From a virus (taxonomy: Duplodnaviria > Caudoviricetes), in the IMG/VR virus record IMGVR_UViG_3300029305_004678, positions 95,800 to 159,799 of that record: 64,000 nucleotides of DNA; one strand, written 5' to 3'. Made by a program: the position numbers and the translations under genes. This document shows, in pieces, positions 1 through 9,341 of the stretch (position 1 is its first letter; the number at the start of each line of letters is the position of its first letter). The notes beneath the pieces were generated by a model, which did not search any database, was not told the DNA's origin, and was given only the letters and a program-made list of their open reading frames with translations.

Positions 1-8
1 CATATGAA

Positions 9-275
9 TTATTTATCCTCCTGATCTGGATAGGTCTCATAGCTTGGACGAATTTCTGCGTACATCACTGTATTACCTTCATAATTAACTATCTCATGAA
101 TATTGAGCTCAGATTGCTCATCTTCAATATAGATATAATCAAAAGGATATTCAGGATGCGATTCCTGAAGACAAGGTTCTGTATGGACAATCTTACCATA
201 CATTTCCTCACCAATATAAGAGAAATACTTTACATGAAGTCCAATAGGACTTTTGGATTTCTGAAGGTCGCTCAT
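9..275 (-). CDS. hypothetical phage protein (88 aa)
   Basis: ORF with AAAGGAG RBS; no recognisable motif. Confidence 0.7.
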   Translation of the reverse strand: MSDLQKSKSPIGLHVKYFSYIGEEMYGKIVHTEPCLQESHPEYPFDYIYIEDEQSELNIHEIVNYEGNTVMYAEIRPSYETYPDQEDK

Positions 276-308
276 ATAAACACTCCTTTGTAATTTATTC
301 TCTTTATA

Positions 309-491
309 TTATATATTGGTGGTAGAGATTACCACACTATCATAGTTCTCTTCGTAGTAGACATCATTCCGATTGAGACATAATGTAATATCGCTTAATG
401 TTTCAAGGCCAATAGGTTTGGATCCATATCCTTCATTTTTTAGATCTGTCAGTATCTCAATCATCATATCTACAGTCAAAGCCTCTTCCAT
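309..491 (-). CDS. small hypothetical protein (MEEALTVDMMIEILTDLK...)
   Basis: AGGAGG RBS before ATG at 491; resembles neighbouring 508..675. Confidence 0.7.
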   Translation of the reverse strand: MEEALTVDMMIEILTDLKNEGYGSKPIGLETLSDITLCLNRNDVYYEENYDSVVISTTNI

Positions 492-507
492 TTTAAATAT
501 CCTCCTA

Positions 508-675
508 TTATATTCCTTTTGTATCAATAACTATTACTCCAGGATAAACTAAAGAAATATCTATAGATTCAATTCGGAGTAGTTTAACTGAACCGCAGGC
601 CGTTACGAATAACTCTTTGTCACCCTGAGATTCTTTTAATTCTTCAAGAGTTTTTATTACATCAGATATTTTCAT
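508..675 (-). CDS. small hypothetical protein (MKISDVIKTLEELK...)
   Basis: AAGGAG RBS before ATG at 675; the longer start at 735 runs through a terminator-like hairpin. Confidence 0.7.
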   Translation of the reverse strand: MKISDVIKTLEELKESQGDKELFVTACGSVKLLRIESIDISLVYPGVIVIDTKGI

Positions 676-741
676 ACTATTCTCCTTCATAATAAAAATT
701 AAAATATATGGGAGGCAACTTACGCCACCTCCCAATTATTA

Positions 742-3700
742 TCAGCAATAGCTTGCTTGAGCAGCTCTAATAGCTTCAACCTGTTCAGGTGTATATCTAG
801 ATCTACTCAATTGAACAAGAGTATTCATATTGATAATAGTATCACGTTTGTGATTATATGAGTTATTGAACATACCATCATTCTTAGAAATATACATAGA
901 ATTTCTAGGATTGAAGACATATTCTGCAGAACGTTGAAAATCTTTATTGATGATTAGCATGATGTTTACGAATGTTCACACGGGTCGTTAATCCGTGCAG
1001 TTCTCTTATGAACTTCTACATGTTTCCATGTAGGCCAGACTATATCTACATCTTCATTTATGGAGAATAAATGAAGAGCTTCCCACTTCGAACTCACTTG
1101 AGCTCTACTCCCATTTCAGGGATAGTCGTTGAACGTTCCTCATATAGAGGCTTCGCTGCTGATTAGCATATCTATATAAAGACTTAGCCTCCCAGCAATT
1201 CAAGAAGATTTCGATATAGTGTCACCACTATATAGCCCTAATTTAATTAAGGTATCTCCATCAAAGTCTGCAGCAAGACCTTCGAGTACGGCCACAGGCA
1301 TTCCCATAGTGAATCCTACAGAAATTTCTGTACAATACATTTGAAGTATTCCACCCCATAGTGTTCACGTAGGTCGTTAATCTACGTCGTTCTCTTATGA
1401 ACTGCTATATGTTTCCACATAGATCAGACTATATCTACATCTCTATACTTGGAGAAGCATAGAGAGCTTCCCACTTCGAACTCACTTGAGTTCTACTCCC
1501 ATTTCATGGATAGTCGTTGAACCTTCCTCTTATATAAGAGGCTTGGCTGCTGATTAGCATGCTCTTTTGAGTTTAGCCTTCCAGCAATTCAAGAAGATTT
1601 CAATACAATATTACTATTGTATAGCCCAGGTTTATTTAGGGATATGGTTGGATTTCTATTAATTAAAATCGGAATACCTCTATCATAGGATTTAATAATA
1701 CCTTCGATTATATTTACAATAATCGGATTAGGTTCATGCATGGATTCATAGAGCAGTTTATATGCATCATTATATCTCATGAAGTAAGACTTCTGTAAGA
1801 TATTAATAATAGTCATCTGCAATAATCCACACAAACATGGATAACTCAGAGAAACCTCATCGATTCTCTTAGAAGGGTCTGGTGCTATAACAGAACGTGC
1901 TGTAAAGTTATCACGTGTTCACATAGGATCGCAACTCCTATGCAGTTCTCTTATGAACTTCTACATGTTTCCATGCAGGTCAGACTATATCTTAATCTCT
2001 TATAAAGAGATTTTGGCATTTCGATTTAATAGGACTTACACTGGACCTTGATGCCTAACCCCATTAGCTTGGGCTCTACGTCCTTACGGACTAGTCGTTG
2101 AACCTTTCTATTTAGATAATAGCAATCTTCAAATATAGACATCCAGTATCTTGATCGATATCTGGCTCTATATTATGGATCTTACAATTCATAATATCTT
2201 CGGGGAAGTCTTTTACATCTAGATATACCTTAGTGCAAAGCTCTTTAGCTTGTTCTAGCGTTATATCTTCAGAAGCTGTACCAAAGACATCATAAATATT
2301 AATTATTTTATATTTGTATGGATTTTGTCTAACTCCCGGATTTTGGTGCTTAGCAAAATCTGAAAGAGTCATATACAACTTACTCATACATCTATCCTCC
2401 AAATAGACTTGGCTGCTGATTAGCATTATACAAATAATTGTAATATTATTTTCTCATATAAATATATAGCTATTGACATTTCTATATAAAGACAATATAA
2501 AGATATTAATATAAGAAGTAAAATTACTATTATAAAAACATAGTTTTTCTTCATATATTAAGCCTCCCAGCAATTAACCAAAAACATACTTAAAGATTGC
2601 TCTTTAAGCAGCCATTTTTACATAGCGTCCACCAAAGAGTTGTCTTATCATTAAGACTACCATAATTTTCATTATGGATTAGACTATATCTTATCCCTCA
2701 GCTTTACCTGCTAGGGATCCTCCCACTTCGGAGTCATAACTATTTATGACTCCTACTCTACTCGGTTACTTACAAGAGTTTTTCATCTTGCTACCCTTTC
2801 GATAGTCGTTGAACGTTCTCTATTATATAGAGCTTCGCTGCTGATTAGCATGCTCTTTCGAGTTTAGCCTTCCAGCAATTCAAGAGGTTATTTTCTACGG
2901 ATTTCGCCGTAGGGATCCATAAGATAACTCTAGATCCTTTCTTGCCCGAGATAATCTTAGTAATCTCTTCATAAAGCTCCATGTACTTCATTTGGAGATC
3001 AAAAAGAAGTGTATCTTTAGGCTTTTTCTTTTTACCCATTTTTGTATTATCGTCGTTGATTTGGGCTACAAGTTTTACAATCAAATAATAGATTGCATTA
3101 GTTCCCTCATAATGAAGAACACCACCATCGAGACGATAAGGTCTTAAATGAATAGTAAAAACTGGAATAGATTGGATAAAGACTTTCTCTCTATCATTCA
3201 TGATACTCTCATAGTAATCACGTTTATTAGGCTTCTTATAGAGATAATACTCCATAATTTCATCAAATCTTTCATAGAAATCGAGCATACCGATTCCAAA
3301 GAATGGTTCATCCTTTGGCCTCTTGAAGTCAATTTCATGCCCATCCTCATCCTTCTTATTGACAGGAGTAATGATGTTTTTGAAGTCTTTCTCGCCAATA
3401 AAGAATGCAATAGACATATAAAGATTAGGATGAATAATATGATAAGGATCCTTGAGTACAGGATATCCAAACATACCGAAGTTATCACCTTTAAATGTGA
3501 CCTTAGTTCCACAAACGGGGCAAGTCTCACCCTGATTAAATCTGGCCTTAAGATGACCACAATCGCAACGATATCGATTACTACCTTCATCAATATCTTG
3601 TAGGGTGGGGCCATATTTGGTTGAGAAAATACCGTTAGGATCTTTAAGATCATACTTAATAGCTTTTGGAGAACTAATTATAAAACCATCACCTGATAGT

Positions 3701-3804
3701 ACATCACTGCGACGTTCTTTATCAATATTAATTCTCTCGAGTCTGGTCTCGTAATCGAAAGCTCCCGATCGCGAGTACCTTGTATTCACTTTTATTTCTG
3801 CCAT
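742..3804 (-). CDS. rpoC: phage multisubunit RNA polymerase beta-prime N-terminal subunit (non-virion type, AR9 gp270-like), spliced from 5 exons: 3804-2932, 2648-2624, 1911-1638, 1356-1250, 968-742 (501 aa)
   Basis: Joined exons total 1506 nt in frame. Motifs: Zn ribbon CDC..CPVC, GKKGS|IRQLFGGR|YNFTARSVI, NRNPTIS|LGGILQM, catalytic ADFDGDT|LNI. Confidence 0.93.
969..1249 (-). ncRNA. group I intron 4 of beta-prime gene (281 nt)
   Basis: P1 CCUUAAU/AUUAGGG with U.G; conserved core; terminal G; splicing restores DFDGDT-L-NIML. Confidence 0.92.
1357..1637 (-). ncRNA. group I intron 3 of beta-prime gene (281 nt)
   Basis: P1 CCUA/UGGG; conserved core; terminal G; splicing restores NPTIS-L-GGILQM. 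Confidence 0.9.
1912..2623 (-). ncRNA. group I intron 2 of beta-prime gene (712 nt, ORF in the P6 loop)
   Basis: P1 GCUAU/AUGGC with U.G; same P/Q/R/S core elements; terminal G at 1912; splicing restores GGR-Y-NFTARS. Confidence 0.9.
2112..2387 (-). CDS. intron-encoded hypothetical protein (91 aa), no homing endonuclease motif seen
   Basis: GGAGGA RBS at 2395-2400; lies between Q (AAUCAGCAGCC) and R (GUUCAACGACUA) of intron 2. Confidence 0.75.
   Translation of the reverse strand: MSKLYMTLSDFAKHQNPGVRQNPYKYKIINIYDVFGTASEDITLEQAKELCTKVYLDVKDFPEDIMNCKIHNIEPDIDQDTGCLYLKIAII
2649..2931 (-). ncRNA. group I intron 1 of beta-prime gene (283 nt, no ORF)
   Basis: P1 GGAUCU/GGAUCC with U.G at the 5' splice site; IGS GUUAUCUUAU pairs with 3' exon AUAAGACAAC; core AAUUGCUGG..AAUCAGCAG..GUUCAACGACUA..AAGAUAUAGUCU; terminal G. 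Confidence 0.92.
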
Positions 3805-3833
3805 ATTTTCATAACACCTCCAAAATGCTACTG

Positions 3834-3845
3834 TATTGAATAGTT
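3834..3845 (-). promoter_or_regulatory. AACT-N6-TA late-type phage promoter upstream of beta-prime N gene
   Basis: AACTATTCAATA; motif recurs upstream of about 25 genes in the window. Confidence 0.65.
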
Positions 3846-3846
3846 A

Positions 3847-3874
3847 GAGGAGGGGTTAATATTAACCCCTCCTC
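3847..3874. repeat. perfect 28-bp palindrome GAGGAGGGGTTAAT-ATTAACCCCTCCTC
   Basis: Seen directly; no adjacent U-tract. Confidence 0.9.
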
Positions 3875-3888
3875 AATAATTTAGAGGT

Positions 3889-4161
3889 TTACTTTGCTGT
3901 ACTCTTTACAGCATCAATTACACAGTCGAGAACCTTGTCAACCTGCCGCATGACAACATTCTTAACTGTAACACCAGCTTCGGTCATTACCTGCTTGACC
4001 TCATCTGTTCTCTGAATGACCTTTTCTACTGGGCGGATGCCTTCATACTTCTGGTCATTCTCCTGGAGATATCCAAGGAGCTGAGCATCATTATCAGCAT
4101 CATAATCTTTACCAAGCTGAACTAGTGCTCTCCGGGACAAATCCTCATAACTTCTAGACAT
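3889..4161 (-). CDS. hypothetical protein (90 aa)
   Basis: CAGGAGG RBS; clean ORF. Confidence 0.8.
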   Translation of the reverse strand: MSRSYEDLSRRALVQLGKDYDADNDAQLLGYLQENDQKYEGIRPVEKVIQRTDEVKQVMTEAGVTVKNVVMRQVDKVLDCVIDAVKSTAK

Positions 4162-4187
4162 ACTTTTGTTCCTCCTGTGTGTTTTAT

Positions 4188-4706
4188 TTATATCAAAGCT
4201 CTCTTAAAAAGTTCAAGATATACCTGATGTGCAGATTTATTACCATACACAAAAGATATAGCTTTGTCACTCTTAATCAAAGCTTTAATATTAAAGAAAC
4301 CTGCCCATTCGAATTGCATACATTTATATGCAAGAGCATTTTTATATTCCTTCGACTGCTCATTATAGTTAGAAACAATAGATTTCATATATTGAACAGA
4401 AGTGAAATATATAGGGGGATCAGGATAGTCGATTGATTTAAATTGATCATTAATAAAAAGACAAAATGTCCTCATATCATATTTGATGAAGGATACATCA
4501 ATCGGTTTACCATCTTCATCTACTATAATATATATTCTAACTATGGGATACATAAAATCATAATCATCAGTATCCCATCCCATAACTTTAAGGAACTCCT
4601 CAAACTCCGTATCCTGTATATCAGCATTCTTGACATCTGTCATAGATGTAAAAATACGATATCCCACAGTATGATTATCAATAGTGCAAGTCATCAGTTT
4701 ACTCAT
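4188..4706 (-). CDS. hypothetical protein (172 aa)
   Basis: Start overlaps the upstream gene stop. Confidence 0.75.
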   Translation of the reverse strand: MSKLMTCTIDNHTVGYRIFTSMTDVKNADIQDTEFEEFLKVMGWDTDDYDFMYPIVRIYIIVDEDGKPIDVSFIKYDMRTFCLFINDQFKSIDYPDPPIYFTSVQYMKSIVSNYNEQSKEYKNALAYKCMQFEWAGFFNIKALIKSDKAISFVYGNKSAHQVYLELFKRALI

Positions 4707-5307
4707 CTTTTGTACCCCATGTCTTTCTATTGAAGATCTTGTTCAAAGATCTAGCAGCTTCACTTTCGGGAGTAAGGAACAAATAAGAGTTTGTAAGAGT
4801 TATCGTACCAGTTTCAGATAAATCTGGTACAGATTTAAATCCGAAAGGCTCAAAGAAGTTCTCAAAGTCTGCACAGAAATCACTATGCTTATTCCAGAAG
4901 TCTTCAAGACTTTCGGCATTCTGATCTCCAGGAATACAGTGGGTCACAACAATATCTGTTGTAGAAGTTCTATAGCCTTTTAAGAAATCAAGTAATAGAG
5001 AAGTAGCAATACCTTGATTTCGATAGTCTTCATGAGTTTCGATAGATACTATGTTTACAACTCTTTTTATCTTTTCGAGACCATACTTCTTGATAATATC
5101 TAGAAAGCGTAATTTAGTCAAACAATCTCCGTAATCATATCTACCATCGGTAGAATAGATCTCTAGTTTAATCTCACATCTACCAGGATCATAGACTTTA
5201 TACTTATAAATTCCGTTTTCAATAGTATGAGCAGATACTCTATGAATTCCTGGTATTTCTAAACATTTGCCAGATCCATAGAATTTTTCATTATTAGCTG
5301 TATCCAT
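4699..5307 (-). CDS. GNAT-family acetyltransferase
   Basis: Acetyl-CoA motif IETHEDYRNQGIATSLL; FFEPFGF. Confidence 0.75.
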   Translation of the reverse strand: MDTANNEKFYGSGKCLEIPGIHRVSAHTIENGIYKYKVYDPGRCEIKLEIYSTDGRYDYGDCLTKLRFLDIIKKYGLEKIKRVVNIVSIETHEDYRNQGIATSLLLDFLKGYRTSTTDIVVTHCIPGDQNAESLEDFWNKHSDFCADFENFFEPFGFKSVPDLSETGTITLTNSYLFLTPESEAARSLNKIFNRKTWGTKDE

Positions 5308-5320
5308 TATTTATCCTCCT

Positions 5321-5902
5321 TTATTTATTCTTTAAAGTGTGATTTTCATACCAATAATCTACAAACTTATTCCATGTAAGTTTTGCAGCACCACTGACAG
5401 GACTTGTATAGAGATAGGGTTCACTAAATTCCAATCCACATAGTGGTTGGATACTGTGGAATCCAAAAGGTACTAAAAACTTCATCACACTATTAAAGAA
5501 TTCCACATACTGTTCATGTGTGGGCTCTGTAGGATAATCATCCTTAGTGACAGAAGCTCTGAATAGAATAATAGTATCATCAGATTTTTCATACTCTCGT
5601 AAAAATTCCCTCATTAAAATTGTACCAGACATTTGATTTCTGAGACTTTCTTTGGTTCTGATATAGAGGATATTAATAATAGTTTTTACTGTCTTTACCC
5701 CATCATCTCCAAGAAGTCCTACGACATCATCGATCATGAAGTTTCTATTGGAGAAATTTTCTCCTTTTTTAAGATTTTCAAGATATTCCTCTGTTTTAAA
5801 GGTTTCATACTTGATTTCACATCCGGGAGCTAATGAAGGACGTGACACTCTGTACACTTCGTTTCCATCATGGAATCTAAAAATATTAGAAGTATTACTC
5901 AT
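5321..5902 (-). CDS. GNAT-family acetyltransferase-like protein, paralog of 4699..5307
   Basis: IRTKESLRNQMSGTILM; FLVPFGF; shared YL(F/Y)..P.S.AA C-terminus. Confidence 0.65.
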   Translation of the reverse strand: MSNTSNIFRFHDGNEVYRVSRPSLAPGCEIKYETFKTEEYLENLKKGENFSNRNFMIDDVVGLLGDDGVKTVKTIINILYIRTKESLRNQMSGTILMREFLREYEKSDDTIILFRASVTKDDYPTEPTHEQYVEFFNSVMKFLVPFGFHSIQPLCGLEFSEPYLYTSPVSGAAKLTWNKFVDYWYENHTLKNK

Positions 5903-5930
5903 GGTTTTCATTCTCCTTTATAAAAATAAA

Positions 5931-5961
5931 TTAGAGGTGTATGAAAATCATACACCTCTAA
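5931..5961. terminator. intrinsic terminator hairpin
   Basis: TTAGAGGTGTATGA-AAA-TCATACACCTCTAA with A/T tracts. Confidence 0.75.
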
Positions 5962-5964
5962 AAG

Positions 5965-5974
5965 TATAATATAT
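5965..5974 (-). promoter_or_regulatory. ATATATTATA early-type phage promoter
   Basis: Motif recurs upstream of non-structural operons. Confidence 0.6.
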
Positions 5975-5989
5975 ATCCATTAGAAATAT

Positions 5990-6682
5990 TTAGATGAAAT
6001 TGATAGAAGAGAAGATGCTAACAGATTCTCGCAACTCTTTACGAAGATGACGTCTAGTAGCACTCAAAGCAGAATTATATCTATTAGATTTGTCGTCAGA
6101 ATAGGTATCACCTATCGTTTTCGTAGGTTTACCATCTGCTGCACGATTTCTATCATATCTATTCCAATTTTCTCTATCTACCATATCTTTTGCTAAATCT
6201 GCTATATCTCTATCTCTACGAACAGATTTTTCAAATTCTCTTTCTTTACTGTTTTTTGGTGTACGCGGCATTACTTTCCCATATTGCATTCTATGATATT
6301 GTAATTCTCTAGCTGTTTTATATTTAGGATCCATATGAGATGTAATACCAGATCTAGCAGTCTCATGACCTCTTTGACCATGTCCTCTATCACCATAATT
6401 ATCAGAAGGATTATATTTTTCATTCTCCTGATCTTCTGCTTCTTTATCAGCATTATACTTATCCATTTTCTTTTTTAAGTATTCTTCAGCTTGCTGACCT
6501 TCAATAAGAATATGATCTTCATATAAGAAGATACCATTAGTCTCAAGAATAGCTTCACCTTTAGATCCAGGATACTGTTGACCATTGATCATAACATGAT
6601 TTTCATAAAGCTCAACACCAACAGATTCTAAGAATTCATCAGCATCAGCTTCAGTTAAAATAATACCATCATTATATAACAT
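5990..6682 (-). CDS. putative internal head protein
   Basis: Late-type promoter; several (L/I)xE sites; EGQQAEEY domain; C-terminal ESVSIFSSINFI. Confidence 0.55.
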   Translation of the reverse strand: MLYNDGIILTEADADEFLESVGVELYENHVMINGQQYPGSKGEAILETNGIFLYEDHILIEGQQAEEYLKKKMDKYNADKEAEDQENEKYNPSDNYGDRGHGQRGHETARSGITSHMDPKYKTARELQYHRMQYGKVMPRTPKNSKEREFEKSVRRDRDIADLAKDMVDRENWNRYDRNRAADGKPTKTIGDTYSDDKSNRYNSALSATRRHLRKELRESVSIFSSINFI

Positions 6683-6768
6683 TTTATATTCTCCTTTCAA
6701 GAATAAATATCTTTATTATTTCGTTTTTTTTTTGTAGAACAAAGTGGCCTAAAAGCGTCATTTTTGCT
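6681..6768 (-). repeat. leader/promoter segment duplicated at about 10147-10228
   Basis: Shared TATATTCTCCTTTCAAGA, CTTTATTATTTCGT(T)n and AAAGTGG blocks (plus strand). Confidence 0.8.
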
Positions 6769-6822
6769 CATATAATTATATATTATAATCATGAAAGAAA
6801 TATAAATAGGAGGTATTAATCT

Positions 6823-7137
6823 ATGATAAAGTTCAATCCAAAAATTATTCGAGATATTAGTAGCAACTTGAATGTAAACTATTTTGACATGTGTGGTGAA
6901 GATTTAAGCGGAGGAAAAGGAAGTCCATATCAGTGTCTTATGAACAATGATGGAAGTATTTTAATTGGAATTTTGAATACTAATAAGGACTTGGTAACAA
7001 TGCTTTTCAATGGATCTAATTATGTAAATATTAATTGCAGCGATGGTAGATATAAAGTATTCACAATGTCAAGAAGAAATGAAGGAAACTTCGAACTTGA
7101 GACTATTTTGCGCACATCTTTTGACGTCAATATCTAG
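6823..7137 (+). CDS. hypothetical protein (104 aa)
   Basis: AGGAGG RBS; ATATATTATA at 6778-6787; terminator downstream. Confidence 0.8.
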   Translation: MIKFNPKIIRDISSNLNVNYFDMCGEDLSGGKGSPYQCLMNNDGSILIGILNTNKDLVTMLFNGSNYVNINCSDGRYKVFTMSRRNEGNFELETILRTSFDVNI

Positions 7138-7144
7138 AATAAGA

Positions 7145-7180
7145 AATAATGGTCGTGATTGTTCACGACCATTATTTTTT
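7145..7180. terminator. bidirectional intrinsic terminator
   Basis: AAATAATGGTCGTGA-TTGT-TCACGACCATTATTT between convergent genes. Confidence 0.85.
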
Positions 7181-7182
7181 TG

Positions 7183-9237
7183 TTATATCAATATCAAATT
7201 ATCGAAAATGCCATAAGATTCATTTTTTCTCGTTTGATTAAATATATTATCATTTCTTTCTAGAATACGCCTGTATTCTTTTATATATTCGATCTCTTCT
7301 TTAGCATATTTCTGAATGGCATATTGAATAGATTTATTAGATTTTTCTACTTCACGTTGAATTTCTTCTGGGGTATTACATGTAGTCGTTCTAATTGTTG
7401 CTCTGTCTCCATCCATTTGAATGGTAGTCACTTCAACTGGTTTTTCGATCTTTTTATCAGAATTTACTCCAAAAGTATTCTTAATCAATTCGGCTATTTT
7501 TAAAGCTAACTTTTTAAAGAATTCTATAATTCTTTTCCAAATTTCTGCAACAATTTGAGAAGCTTTATTAAAAAATTCTTTGAGCTTATCCCATACAATA
7601 CCTTCATTCATAGGATAAATGTTGCATAGTAAATCATATTCTTCATAAAGTTCATTTAAGCTATAGAATCTATATGGAGAATTAGTCTTATACAGATATT
7701 CATCTATATAGTTTTCTAAAGCAACAAGATCATCAATGCTATCTCCAAAATACTCTTTAAGGACAGATTGAGATCCATATGTAACTTTAAAATTTTTATC
7801 TTGTGTAAGATCTTTCGGAAGTGTCCATCCTCCAGGATTACAAGATCCTATAAATACATTCTTAAACCCTTCTTCTTTTAAAGCTCTAACAATATCTACA
7901 GCTTTAACTAAATTCGATTTGGTTAAAGTAGATATAGGCTCCATAGTCCAATTAGAAGCTGCGCCATCTTTCATCGCTTTCTTGGGATCTTTTCTAGAAC
8001 CAATAACATTATATATTTTATCACATTCTACAAGCCTTTTCTTAAATTCATTTCTACCATATTCTGTAAGTTTATATTTATTATAAATTTCTACCAATAA
8101 TTCTCGTGCTCTTGTCTTTAATTCGTGTAATTTATAATCTTCCATTGAATTTGCATTTTTTAAAGAATTACAAACACTAATTAATTCTTTTGTATATGGT
8201 AAGTCCGCAGATCCTGGAATTTTATTAGATAGCTCTTTTAAGAAATTTAATACATAAGTACTAAATTTTTCTATGAGCTCTATATCATATTTTATGCTTC
8301 TAGCAGTATATGATGCATTATCAGAAGGCTCTCCATATGCATCTTTAGAAGTTGATCCATGAGCATTGACAATAGCATCGTATTTAAAAATAAGACTTAA
8401 ATTCTTAGATGGATGCTCGCAAAACTGTATATCATCATTTTCTGATAAGAATAAAACTGCTCCGCCAATTGGACGAAAATCATAATTGTTACCAGATTTA
8501 AACTTTTGTAAAAGCTTAGGATCTCGTAAGAAATCTCTTATCTTTGCAGTAGCCTCATGATTTTTATCGTCATCATCCAAATCATTTATCAGAGACTCTG
8601 CTTCAGCTTTTGATAGATCAAATAGAGCATAATTCTGTTTGAGCATAGCTGTCAAGGAATCAGTTAGACATCTATTATTTGCTATTCTAGCATTGAGACA
8701 ATCTCTTATTCCTTGTTCATTTAAGGATTCTGGGAAATACTCCTGTGTGACAACTCTAGCAGCATCTTCTTCACTCATATTATACTTTTCAATTAGATCC
8801 ATATATCTACTATATAATGCGCTATGAAGAGAAATATTAAATTGCATCTGAAATTTATTTCTAATCTTATCATTATCATGCTCATATTCAATAGATTTTA
8901 CAAATCTTCCGAATCTTTTTATGTCATTACTATATACAGATGCCATATATTCATTAAAATCTTTTACAAGATCTTGGCTATGAGTTAAAGCTTCAAGTTT
9001 TGTTTTATTAAATAATTCTGGATTGGTTTTTGCAAGAGATTCAAACATATTTCCACTAGCATATGCATTATGTTTATTTCTTCCATCGCGATTTTTAAAA
9101 TATTTCTTATTATATTCTTCCTTATCAGTTCTGCTGACAGGAGTAGTATCTTTAGGTGAGTGGCTAGCCCTATTACCAGCTCTATAGTCTATATTTCTAA
9201 ATCTTTCGACATCTTCTCGAATTGTATAAATTGGCAT
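7183..9237 (-). CDS. putative internal head protein with caspase/C80-like His-Cys dyad
   Basis: AIVNAHG and VFIGSCNPG; amphipathic helix after MNEG; C-terminal NESYGIFDNLILI; AACA-N6-TA at 9264-9275. Confidence 0.55.
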   Translation of the reverse strand: MPIYTIREDVERFRNIDYRAGNRASHSPKDTTPVSRTDKEEYNKKYFKNRDGRNKHNAYASGNMFESLAKTNPELFNKTKLEALTHSQDLVKDFNEYMASVYSNDIKRFGRFVKSIEYEHDNDKIRNKFQMQFNISLHSALYSRYMDLIEKYNMSEEDAARVVTQEYFPESLNEQGIRDCLNARIANNRCLTDSLTAMLKQNYALFDLSKAEAESLINDLDDDDKNHEATAKIRDFLRDPKLLQKFKSGNNYDFRPIGGAVLFLSENDDIQFCEHPSKNLSLIFKYDAIVNAHGSTSKDAYGEPSDNASYTARSIKYDIELIEKFSTYVLNFLKELSNKIPGSADLPYTKELISVCNSLKNANSMEDYKLHELKTRARELLVEIYNKYKLTEYGRNEFKKRLVECDKIYNVIGSRKDPKKAMKDGAASNWTMEPISTLTKSNLVKAVDIVRALKEEGFKNVFIGSCNPGGWTLPKDLTQDKNFKVTYGSQSVLKEYFGDSIDDLVALENYIDEYLYKTNSPYRFYSLNELYEEYDLLCNIYPMNEGIVWDKLKEFFNKASQIVAEIWKRIIEFFKKLALKIAELIKNTFGVNSDKKIEKPVEVTTIQMDGDRATIRTTTCNTPEEIQREVEKSNKSIQYAIQKYAKEEIEYIKEYRRILERNDNIFNQTRKNESYGIFDNLILI

Positions 9238-9303
9238 TAATTTATACCTCCAATCTTTTATCTTAATACTATGTTTTTTTTTGCAAGTAGTGTATAAGAA
9301 AGC

Positions 9304-9334
9304 AAAGGCTAGAAGACTTAACCTTCTAGCCTTT
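9304..9334. terminator. intrinsic terminator
   Basis: AAAGGCTAGAAG-loop-CTTCTAGCCTTT. Confidence 0.75.
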
Positions 9335-9341
9335 ATATAAT

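Noticed and set aside
1589-1834. 81-aa and 72-aa (742..960) ORFs as independent genes, or a beta-prime pseudogene
   Set aside because: They are exons; intron removal restores one intact frame
969-2931. Repeated blocks as a CRISPR array or IS ends
   Set aside because: The repeats are group I intron core elements; no regular repeat-spacer period, cas gene or transposase
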